A model generated the notes under the pieces. The model was not told the DNA's origin. It did not search any database and saw only the letters and a list, made by a program, of their open reading frames with translations. Below, piece after piece: positions 46,782-55,700 of a stretch of 64,000 nucleotides of DNA. Source of the DNA: a virus; IMG/VR virus record IMGVR_UViG_3300025127_006147, positions 1-64,000 of that record; one strand, 5' to 3'. How positions within the stretch are numbered: position 1 is the first letter of the stretch; each line of letters begins with the position of its first letter. A program made the position numbers and the translations under genes.

Positions 46782-47663
46782 ATGAGTAAACGAATTAGAC
46801 AAATAATTAGAGAACAAGCTGGATTAAATTTATCCGTACAGGATGAAATCGGTAATTTGAACCCTAATGAAAGACAACAAATTAAGGGAGCGTTAATAGA
46901 TTTATTAAATAATAATCCAGAACAGGAAATGTCAGAAATAGAGTATGGTGGTATTCCTGAGTTAAAAGCTACTGGTTTAGTAGGTAAAATAGGTAAGTGG
47001 TTTAAAAGATTCTTAACAGATAAAGCTTCAGACTATTTAATCGACGCTAGTGCACAAGAAATGGAGGACACCATAAAATTAATTGACGCGTTAGACCCTA
47101 ATGACTTGACTGGTATATTCACTCCTAGAGCAATGTATTTAGGTGGTGGTATAGATTTTGCTGATGACGCGTTGTCATGGAGAACTCAGGTTGAGAACTT
47201 TTTTGGTCCTGGTCACGTAGTTAAAGGAGATAAATTATTTGAGTTAATTACCACGGGTAACATGAGTTTTAAAGGTCTTGATACTCCAGCAATACTTAAT
47301 CCATTAAGAGCAGAAACAGTAAGAGATGAAGACGATGAATTTCAACAAATGTTTAAACAGTGGAAAGCTGGTGAACTAGACGGACAGACATTCCAAAAAT
47401 TTAGAGAAAAGATTAGAGAACAAATAGTTGTACAAGATTTATATATGTTAAAAGTGTGTGACACTAACCTAATTAATTTTGATGGTACTGCTGGAGCTGG
47501 AACATTCGGAGAAGCTCAGTTTAGTGCTTTGAAAAACTCACAAATCTTTGTTTGGTTAACTAACGGAATGAAAATATCTAACATCTCTCCATGGATGATG
47601 CCCTCAATAACCAAAATTCTTCAAGAAGACGAACTTTGGCCTTTCTTGTCTAACTTCAAATAA
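46782..47663 (+). CDS. Nucleoside 2-deoxyribosyltransferase / DNPH1(RCL)-like N-glycosidase with ~100-aa N-terminal extension
   Basis: MYLGGG..SWR..LNPLR..DLYMLKVCD..AGTFGEA (catalytic Glu position)..SPW. Confidence 0.7.
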   Translation: MSKRIRQIIREQAGLNLSVQDEIGNLNPNERQQIKGALIDLLNNNPEQEMSEIEYGGIPELKATGLVGKIGKWFKRFLTDKASDYLIDASAQEMEDTIKLIDALDPNDLTGIFTPRAMYLGGGIDFADDALSWRTQVENFFGPGHVVKGDKLFELITTGNMSFKGLDTPAILNPLRAETVRDEDDEFQQMFKQWKAGELDGQTFQKFREKIREQIVVQDLYMLKVCDTNLINFDGTAGAGTFGEAQFSALKNSQIFVWLTNGMKISNISPWMMPSITKILQEDELWPFLSNFK

Positions 47664-48332
47664 ATGAATCTTGTCAGAAGAATATTAAGAGAATACACTG
47701 AACAACCATTAAATGAACTAGCTAGAACTAATCGTTTAATAGTTCTTGACGTTGACGATACATTACTTAAACCTTCTGGTGTATACATCTATAGAAATTT
47801 ACCTTCAGACCCCCAAGAAATTGCATTAACACCTTACGAATACGGTTTAGAAAACGTAACCCCAGAAACGAAACAATATTACGACTATAGGGACTTTTTA
47901 GACCCAGTAAAAACACAACAATCAATAGAACAAGCTGAACCAATAGTTACTAACTTATCAGTAATGGACGATTATTTAAAATTAGGTCATCAGATAGCTA
48001 TATTAACAGCAAGGTCTAATGAACAGGTTGTTTTTGACGGATTAAAACAATGGTTAATGTATAAAGACAGAAAAGGTAACCTAATACCAATAGGGGACCG
48101 TCTAAATAGAGAAAACGTATTTGCGGTAAACGACACCAACAGAATGAGTACACTAGAGTCGGAGACTGATTATGAAAAAAAGGCGGAGATAATGGAAAAA
48201 TTAGTTAAAGTTTATGACGAAATAGTTTTCATAGATGATGATATGAAAAATATTAAACAAATGAAGATGTTAAAAAGAGATTTACCGGAAGAGCTTGCTA
48301 AGAAATTATTTGTAATGCATGCTAAAGAATAA
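47664..48332 (+). CDS. HAD-superfamily phosphatase (PNK-phosphatase-like) with N-terminal leader
   Basis: LIVLDVDDTL, ILTAR, EKK, FIDDDMKNI. Confidence 0.85.
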   Translation: MNLVRRILREYTEQPLNELARTNRLIVLDVDDTLLKPSGVYIYRNLPSDPQEIALTPYEYGLENVTPETKQYYDYRDFLDPVKTQQSIEQAEPIVTNLSVMDDYLKLGHQIAILTARSNEQVVFDGLKQWLMYKDRKGNLIPIGDRLNRENVFAVNDTNRMSTLESETDYEKKAEIMEKLVKVYDEIVFIDDDMKNIKQMKMLKRDLPEELAKKLFVMHAKE

Positions 48333-48478
48333 TTAGTATTATTATATTTATATTATATAATAGCTTGTATGCTATATGGATATAAAATTAGAAAAATAAA
48401 GTAAAGGGTTAAATTGGTCGATTTTTAAAAACCCGTATATTTATTAAGAAATAAGAACACAAAACAAAAAAAACTAAC

Positions 48479-48967
48479 ATGGCTGACTTATTAATGAAAA
48501 TGCCCATACCGTATGAACCTAAAAAGAAAAATAGGTTTATCTTAAGATTCCCTTCGTCGTTGGGTATTAATGAGTGGTATGTGGAAAGTACTTCTAGACC
48601 TGCTGTTAATATTAACCCAGTAGAAATCCCTTTCTTAAACACATCTACTTATGTAGCTGGTAGATTTACATGGAACACAATCAGTGTGACATTTAGAGAC
48701 CCTATAGGACCATCAGCGTCACAAGCACTTATGGAGTGGGTAAGATTACACGCAGAATCTGTAACAGGTAGAATGGGTTACGCTGCAGGATATAAAAAGG
48801 ACATCGATTTAGAGATGTTAGACCCTACAGGTGTTGTAGTTGAAAAGTGGATAATGCAAGGAACATTCTTAACAGACGTTAACTTCGATAGTTTAGGATA
48901 TAGTGATGATGCAATTGCAACTATTTCAGCAACCTTGAGACCAGATAGATGTATATTAGTATACTAA
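48479..48967 (+). CDS. Tail tube protein (T4 gp19-like)
   Basis: YEPKKKNRF, WNTISVTFRDPI, ALMEW, YKKDIDLEMLDPTGVVVEKW; TATTTAT at 48438-48444. Confidence 0.9.
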   Translation: MADLLMKMPIPYEPKKKNRFILRFPSSLGINEWYVESTSRPAVNINPVEIPFLNTSTYVAGRFTWNTISVTFRDPIGPSASQALMEWVRLHAESVTGRMGYAAGYKKDIDLEMLDPTGVVVEKWIMQGTFLTDVNFDSLGYSDDAIATISATLRPDRCILVY

Positions 48968-48987
48968 TCTACATTACATAAAATTTT

Positions 48988-49016
48988 AAAACCCGTACTT
49001 AGTGTATGGGTTTTTT
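48988..49016. terminator. Intrinsic terminator (probably bidirectional)
   Basis: AAAACCCGTAC-TTAGT-GTATGGGTTTTTT between the tail tube and the convergent Mom-like gene. Confidence 0.8.
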
Positions 49017-49628
49017 ATTTAAAGGAGCTTTGTTTTTTATTTTAGGGTAAGGTTTTTCTTCCCATAAACAATTTAGTGTTTTATCAAAAACCATTAAGTA
49101 CCTGTGTTTACGTTCACGAGGTCGCCATTCACCTTTTTTACCTTTAACTGGACCTCTCTGATGTTTAACAAAAGAACCATCCCCTAACTCAAACCAAAAG
49201 TCTTTTTTAGAGTCAGTTAAACCGTAATATTTAAAATTTGTGGCTTGATATATAAAACCAGTGTGTAGAGAAGAATCTGCATAAGATAGTATGGACCTAA
49301 CCGTTGTTTCTTTTTTTAATTTTTTTATACATCTAGAAACAAACCAAGACAATATGTTCTTTTCTTTAATTTGAGGGTCTAAACATAAACGACCTAATTC
49401 ATATACACCGTTTTGTTCTGTTCTACTTAAACCAAAACAGCCTTTTAATGTTTCGGGTACCGATGGAGAGTGAAACACACAAACACCAACTAAAACAGTA
49501 TCCTTATATAAACCAAAATTAAAACCAGTTCTAAAGCCTTTACTTTTTTTATTTAAATAATGATATTGTGAAAGTATGGACTTACATAAATCTTTACTTA
49601 TTATTTGTATGTTATAGGTTTTATTCAT
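48999..49628 (-). CDS. Mu Mom-like GNAT-fold DNA-modification protein
   Basis: YHYL, VGVCVF, YELGRLCL, SWFVSRCIKKL, LSYAD, HTGFIYQATNFKYYG. Confidence 0.7.
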   Translation of the reverse strand: MNKTYNIQIISKDLCKSILSQYHYLNKKSKGFRTGFNFGLYKDTVLVGVCVFHSPSVPETLKGCFGLSRTEQNGVYELGRLCLDPQIKEKNILSWFVSRCIKKLKKETTVRSILSYADSSLHTGFIYQATNFKYYGLTDSKKDFWFELGDGSFVKHQRGPVKGKKGEWRPRERKHRYLMVFDKTLNCLWEEKPYPKIKNKAPLNKKPIH

Positions 49629-49676
49629 TGTAATAATTATAGCAAAAATAAACTAAAAAGTATATAAAATAAATAA

Positions 49677-50435
49677 ATGGACCCAAGAGAATACTCAGAC
49701 CCGTCACAATCAAACATCCCTTATGATGTGGTACCATTACCATCTAAAGGTATGTTTTACAAAAACAAACTGGAGTCTGTAAAGGTAACATATCTCACCG
49801 CAGCAGATGAAAATCTTTTAAGTTCCCCTAATATTGTTGAAAGTGGAAATATAATAGATGAACTACTTAGAAGAAAAATTTTAGGTAGTGAAGTTAACAT
49901 AACCGAAATGTTAGAATGTGATAAACAAGCTGTTCTAATATTTTTACGTAATACTGCTTTTGGACCAGTATATGAATTCACTTTAACTGACCCACAAACC
50001 AAACAAACATTTAATCACTCACACGATTTAAGTAACGTGAGTATGAAGGAGTTTAATTTAGTTGCTGATGAAAAGGGAGAGTTTTCTTACACACTTCCTA
50101 TAACAAAAAAAGTAGTTAAATTTAAATTCTTAAGTTCAACACAAGAAACAGAACTAACCAATATAGACACACAATATCAAGGACGAATTTCACCTAAAGT
50201 AACAAAAAGACTAGAATATCTTATACAAGAGATAGAGGGTGAAAGAGATAAGGGTAATTTAGCACAAATGATTCAATCAATGCCCATAAAAGATTCTCAG
50301 GAGTTTAGAAACTACGTTAGAGATAACGAACCTGGGTTGGATTTAAAAATAACAGTTAGGGCACCGTCAGGAGAAGAGGTTACAACTTCGGTTGTTCTTG
50401 GTGCCCATTTTTTTCGTCCTTTCTTCGGATTATAG
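49677..50435 (+). CDS. Tail/baseplate hub assembly chaperone (T4 gp26-like)
   Basis: VPLPSKGMFY..YLTAADENLL..DKQAVLIFLR; ends FFRPFFGL; located between tube and tape measure. Confidence 0.72.
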   Translation: MDPREYSDPSQSNIPYDVVPLPSKGMFYKNKLESVKVTYLTAADENLLSSPNIVESGNIIDELLRRKILGSEVNITEMLECDKQAVLIFLRNTAFGPVYEFTLTDPQTKQTFNHSHDLSNVSMKEFNLVADEKGEFSYTLPITKKVVKFKFLSSTQETELTNIDTQYQGRISPKVTKRLEYLIQEIEGERDKGNLAQMIQSMPIKDSQEFRNYVRDNEPGLDLKITVRAPSGEEVTTSVVLGAHFFRPFFGL

Positions 50436-50610
50436 GCAGGGTGTGCTCGACGAAATCTATTATCTAGTAAAATTCGCAAATTTTAATCATCAAGACTTAA
50501 CAAATATGCCTGTTTATGAACGTAGGTACTATCTTGGCAAACTTATAGAAGAGTTTGATAAGAAAAAAGAAGCTGCGGAAAAACAAAAGAACAAGTCAGG
50601 TGGGTTTTAA
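50392..50610 (+). CDS. Chaperone extension (gp51-like / GT-like), probably reached by frameshift
   Basis: DEIYYLVKFANFNHQDLTNMPVYERRYYLGKL; no ATG with an A-rich leader near its 5' end; overlaps the previous ORF in the +1 frame. Confidence 0.65.
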   Translation: MFLVPIFFVLSSDYRQGVLDEIYYLVKFANFNHQDLTNMPVYERRYYLGKLIEEFDKKKEAAEKQKNKSGGF

Positions 50611-50625
50611 AAATAGATAATTATC

Positions 50626-50633
50626 TATTTATA
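50626..50633 (+). promoter_or_regulatory. Putative late promoter TATTTATA
   Basis: 12 nt upstream of the tape measure gene. Confidence 0.6.
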
Positions 50634-50645
50634 TAAAAAAAGACT

Positions 50646-52715
50646 ATGGCTATGGAATCTTTAAATACACCGTGGAATAAGTTGACACCAACTCAACAAG
50701 CACAATATCCTGGTGGTCAAGCACAGTGGCAAAACTTACAAAGACAATTTAAAAGTAACCAGACCAAACAAACCGAATCTAACGATAATCTAGCGGAAGG
50801 TCAAAACAAACTTACAGGGATACTTACTAAAAACTTAAGTTTATGGACTAATCTAAGTCAATCCATAGTAAACGCGAATGAAGCTCAAACTACCCTTAAT
50901 AGTGTTACCGATATCGCGGTAGCAGCTCTACAAAGAGAACAAAAAATACGTACCGAAATAGTCCAAGAGTTAGGACAAGTTGGAAAACTCCAACTAATGC
51001 AAAACCAAAATATCCAACAAGCTGCGATAGAAGCTGAAAGATATGGTGTGAGTTTAGATGAGACATTGACCACTATGGTTAGTCTTGCTCAGGCTATGGG
51101 TAGAAACATGTTTATATCAGACGAGGATTTAGCTAGAGTAGCCATTTTCCAAAAATCCATGGGTCTTACCAGTACTGAAGCTGCAAATGTAGCTCAATTC
51201 TTTGACCAAATGGGATTATCTGTAGGAGAAGCTATAGACAAAGGTAATGAAATGGCCACAGTCGCAAGACAGATGGGAGTTAATGTTGGTGATTTCATGA
51301 GTACAATTTCAGGTAATATGAAATTGATGAATACCTTTAATTTTGCAGATGGAGTACAAGGATTTGCAAAAATGGCCGCACAAGCACAAAAATTGGGTAT
51401 CAGTATGGAGACCACCGCTGCTTTAGCAGAAAAAGTGATGGACCCAGAGGGAGCTATAGAATTAGCTGCAAATTTACAAGTAATTGGTGGAGCCGCTGGT
51501 GATTTAGCTGACCCATTTAAATTAATGTACATGGCTACAAACGATTTAGCTGGACTACAAGACTCCTTAGTTGAAGCGGGACAAGAACTTGCGATGTTTA
51601 ATGAAGAAACTGGTGAAATTTCTTTCCCACCTACAGCACAAAGACAACTACGTGCTATGGCAGAGGCATTAGGGATGAATAAAGACGAGTTTGCTCAAAT
51701 GATTAAACTACAAACGAAGTTTAAATCTATGCAAAATCAGTTCTCTTTTGAATTAGAAGGTAGAGAGGACATGCAAGAGTTTGTAACTAGTATGGCTAGT
51801 TTAAATCAACAAACTGGAAAATATGAAATTAAAGTTCCTGGTCTAGAGGACGCGGTTGAAATAGAAGACCTAACATCTAGACAATTAGACGCTTTAAAAG
51901 AAGTCCAAGACCAACAAAACATGACCGAAAAAGAGTTAATGGCGGAACAAACAGGACTCTTACAAAATATTGACAATAATACCAACGCTTTAAACAGTGC
52001 TTTATTAGCTGGTGTAGACCAAGGTTTGAATTTGGGTAAGATTGATGTAGATTTAAGTCAAGCGATAAGTAAAGCTTTCAGTTCTGACGAACTAGGTAAA
52101 GTTAGTGAACAATTTGCAGGACTACTATCAAGTGGTGTTGAGAATGTATTTGGTGATGAATTGTCAAATATTACAGAAATGATTGCTGGTGGTGGAAATG
52201 TTATGCAAGCTCTTATGGGCACAGCGATGAGTGGTACAGTGGATTTAATGTCATTAATGACCGAAGCGAGCCAAAAAGACTTTGTTGTACAACAAGGGTA
52301 TTTTAAAATTAGTGAAATGACCGCAGAAGGTGAAAACGCTAATGATTTTGAACTAGGTCCTGGTGAAGCTAAAGCGGTATTAACAGAGAGTGGTTTTGTA
52401 ATACCTTCAGTAAATGACACAGTAAGTGGTGTTGATTTAACAGCTGGTGCTAGAGGAGCAAACTTAGGTTCCTTAGTTAGTAATGCACAAACATTACCGC
52501 AACAAACTATGAAAGTAGAGTTTACGGGACTACCTTCCAGAATACCAATTGAATTAAACGGAACAAATATGGGTGACTTTAATTGGAGAGGATTGATTGG
52601 TAATAATTTATTCATGCAGAACTTAAAATCTATGTTAATTGAAACTAACTTAACTAGTGCTCCTGGTTTAGACAACGAAAGAGAACTTGCAAGGTATACT
52701 GAGTTATCAGCATAA
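50646..52715 (+). CDS. Tail tape measure protein
   Basis: Ala/Gln/Met-rich helical protein directly after the chaperone pair; TATTTATA at 50626-50633. Confidence 0.8.
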   Translation: MAMESLNTPWNKLTPTQQAQYPGGQAQWQNLQRQFKSNQTKQTESNDNLAEGQNKLTGILTKNLSLWTNLSQSIVNANEAQTTLNSVTDIAVAALQREQKIRTEIVQELGQVGKLQLMQNQNIQQAAIEAERYGVSLDETLTTMVSLAQAMGRNMFISDEDLARVAIFQKSMGLTSTEAANVAQFFDQMGLSVGEAIDKGNEMATVARQMGVNVGDFMSTISGNMKLMNTFNFADGVQGFAKMAAQAQKLGISMETTAALAEKVMDPEGAIELAANLQVIGGAAGDLADPFKLMYMATNDLAGLQDSLVEAGQELAMFNEETGEISFPPTAQRQLRAMAEALGMNKDEFAQMIKLQTKFKSMQNQFSFELEGREDMQEFVTSMASLNQQTGKYEIKVPGLEDAVEIEDLTSRQLDALKEVQDQQNMTEKELMAEQTGLLQNIDNNTNALNSALLAGVDQGLNLGKIDVDLSQAISKAFSSDELGKVSEQFAGLLSSGVENVFGDELSNITEMIAGGGNVMQALMGTAMSGTVDLMSLMTEASQKDFVVQQGYFKISEMTAEGENANDFELGPGEAKAVLTESGFVIPSVNDTVSGVDLTAGARGANLGSLVSNAQTLPQQTMKVEFTGLPSRIPIELNGTNMGDFNWRGLIGNNLFMQNLKSMLIETNLTSAPGLDNERELARYTELSA

Positions 52716-52747
52716 CAAAAGAAACTCTTAATATTTCTATTATGGAA

Positions 52748-52755
52748 TATTTATA
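52748..52755 (+). promoter_or_regulatory. Putative late promoter TATTTATA
   Basis: 16 nt upstream of the 1683-aa baseplate gene. Confidence 0.6.
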
Positions 52756-52771
52756 TTAAAAAAGAGACAAT

Positions 52772-55700
52772 ATGCCAGGGTCACCACAAAATAATAATTT
52801 TTCTTCATTAAGTTTTTCAGGAACTAAAGCTCTTAGAGATTTACTTCTAACTAAAAACTTACCTAACCCAGAAGGTTTGGGACCATACGGTAACTTTACA
52901 AATGCAACATATTCTACGGCTTCTTTATCAGTTAAAGATGTTGTAGACCAACCACCAGTAGAAGAAAATTCGGAGATGTTTTTAAATAAACTTTATTTAA
53001 ACAACGCTTACGGCCCAGAAGGAGGTTATTCTGACTTTGTTAAAATTTACACAACTAGTCAAGGAGTAGCTAAGGTTAATGAAGGTGAGTATCCAGATTT
53101 TACAGCACCCGAAACAGGAACTGGTTTATTCGGTGAAAATCCATTTAGGTTAGTGGGTAGATATTACTCACCGATAGACATACTTTTAGGTGTGTCCGCG
53201 GAAGGACTATTATCACAAACATTATTAGAAGATAGCCCACTTCAACAAGCTGGAGCTATTCAGTTAAGAGCAGAATTCCAAGAAAGGATAGCTCAGGAAC
53301 TTTATCAAGAAACTATAGGTAGATTAAGTTTTGTTGACGCTTTACAAGACCCTGTAGACGCATTAGAGATAGTAACTGGTAGACAACCATTAATAGATAG
53401 AAACTACAGTATAACACAACCTAAATCACTTGTAGGACAAGGTTTAGATTTTGTATCAAGACTTACTGGTGTTTATGTGCCTTATTCTTATATTCCTGGA
53501 GACTATTTTGAATTAGAACCACCAAGAGGATTAAGTACCGCTGGTAAAATAATATCAGATGTTACTGGTATTTTAGGTAGTTTAGTGGGAATTCCAAGAA
53601 GAAGACAATCACCATCACAAAGATTTTTAGAATATACTGGTGGTGGAACAAAATCAAAATTATTTAAAGCTATTAGATATAACAAATATGGTCCACAGTA
53701 TGGTGAAGGTGCACAAGCACAAACAGCTATTGGTGCTGGATTTGGTGAAGCTATAGACTTTATTGGTGGTGGAATACTAGGTTTTGGTAATAACCCACCT
53801 AATAGACCACAATATATCGGTGGACCAAGGAATAGAGTAGCTGATATGACTAGTCCTCCAGACAATACATTTGCTGGTAAAAATTATGTTCCTATGTTTG
53901 GACCAGACGCGGTGGCAAAGGAATTCGATTCTAACGAATATGAGTTTGGAATGAAAGGTAGAGCGTATACTAACCAAGGGAATGTTCCTGGTGGTTTTAC
54001 TTGGTTTACTGATAAAACACCTGGTGGTGGTTTCTTAAATAGTGTAGCGTCTTTATTCAATAATAACGCTAATAATAATAGAATAGGACCACAAGAACCA
54101 GGAGCTACACAAGGACCAGAAGCCTCAACAGACGATACTACCCGTTATCAAACACCAAACAACTACGACAGTACTAAATCTACTAACTATAAATTTAGGG
54201 AGGACAGTATAATGGACACCACCCAACAAATCATAGATTCTGTACCTAAAGGAGGTGCTGCATTAAAATCTGTGTCTCATGCCATGAATCAAGTTAGTAA
54301 AGTTTTTAATGATGGGTACAAAGAACTAACCAAAGGTTCTAGGGTTAGAAAATATGTAAATACAGACCCAACATCAGGTCAAGGTGTTGAAGAGGCAAGA
54401 GAATATTGTAGAGTATGGACAAAAGATGTTCCATATTACACATATGATAGATTAGTCAGGTTTAATATGAACCATAGAAAAGAAACTTATTCTGTTTTAG
54501 ATAGTCCATATAATTTAAATATTGCACCCCATAGAACAGATGAAAGTGGAAAAGGTTCTAGTAATATTGTTGATGGTAAAGTTAAAAAATATATGTTTTC
54601 TATAGAAAATTTAGCGTGGAGAACTAGTGGAGAACCAGGGTTTACATATGACGATTTACCTTCATGTGAAAAAGGCCCAAATGGAGGTAGAGTAATGTGG
54701 TTCCCACCATATGATTTAAGTGTTGACGAATCTAGTTCTGCAAATTGGACAGAAAATAATTTCTTAGGTAGACCAGAACCAATTTACACATATAATAACA
54801 CTAATAGAACTGGAAGTTTAAGATTTAGGATAGTGGTAGACCACCCGAGTATTTTAAACTTGTTAGTTAGAAAAGAATTGGAAAAACTAGGTCCAGAAGA
54901 AACGGATGCTATAGTAGACTCTTTCTTTGCTGGGTGTAAAAGATATGATATATTTGATTTAGCTAGAAAATGGAAACAATTTTCAGTTAATGAATTAGCT
55001 TCTTTAAATGAACAACTTAATACACCTGGTCTATCTGATAGAGCAACTAGAGAAATAATAAATGAATCAGCTACAGAAGAACCTGAAAAAATAGTAGAAA
55101 TACCAGAACCTAACTTACCAGATGGGTTAACTTTTTATTTTGATAACGATTATCCTAATCCAAATACTTCTAGAATAACTTCTACTGTTAGTTATGTCGC
55201 GTGTGCTGAAGGAAGTATGTCTAAATTTGGACAGTACTTGGTACCTGGAGGAACATCATTCCAACCTCAAATAGACAGAGCTACCACAAACGATAAAGCA
55301 GGTTTAACTAATTTCTTTGAAGAAAAAGCTTATAGTGAATACCAAGATAAATGGCCTACATTTGCACGTGAATTAAAAAGGGTGTTGGATACAGGGTTAT
55401 GGGAAGTCACACTAAATTTTAAAGGGTCTGCAAGTTCCATAGCCTCTAATTCTTATAATAAAAAACTTTCTAAAAGAAGACTAGACTCTGTTGTACAGAT
55501 GTTTCAAGAATATGAAATAGATGGTAAAAACGCTTTTAATAATTATTTAACTTCAGGTGACTTATCTATACCTACGGGTGAAGCTTTAGGAGAAGAGTTT
55601 TGTAATAATGTTTTATATTCAGCGACAACAGGTACTGGTGAGGCAGGAGAATCTGGAGCTGTTTATTCTGCTCCTGCAGCTAGTTGTAGATACGTTACTA

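Noticed and set aside
50408-50414. Classical -1 frameshift on T_TTT_TTT
   Set aside because: The -1 frame reaches TAG after about 17 codons and does not reach the conserved downstream ORF; only +1/-2 is productive.
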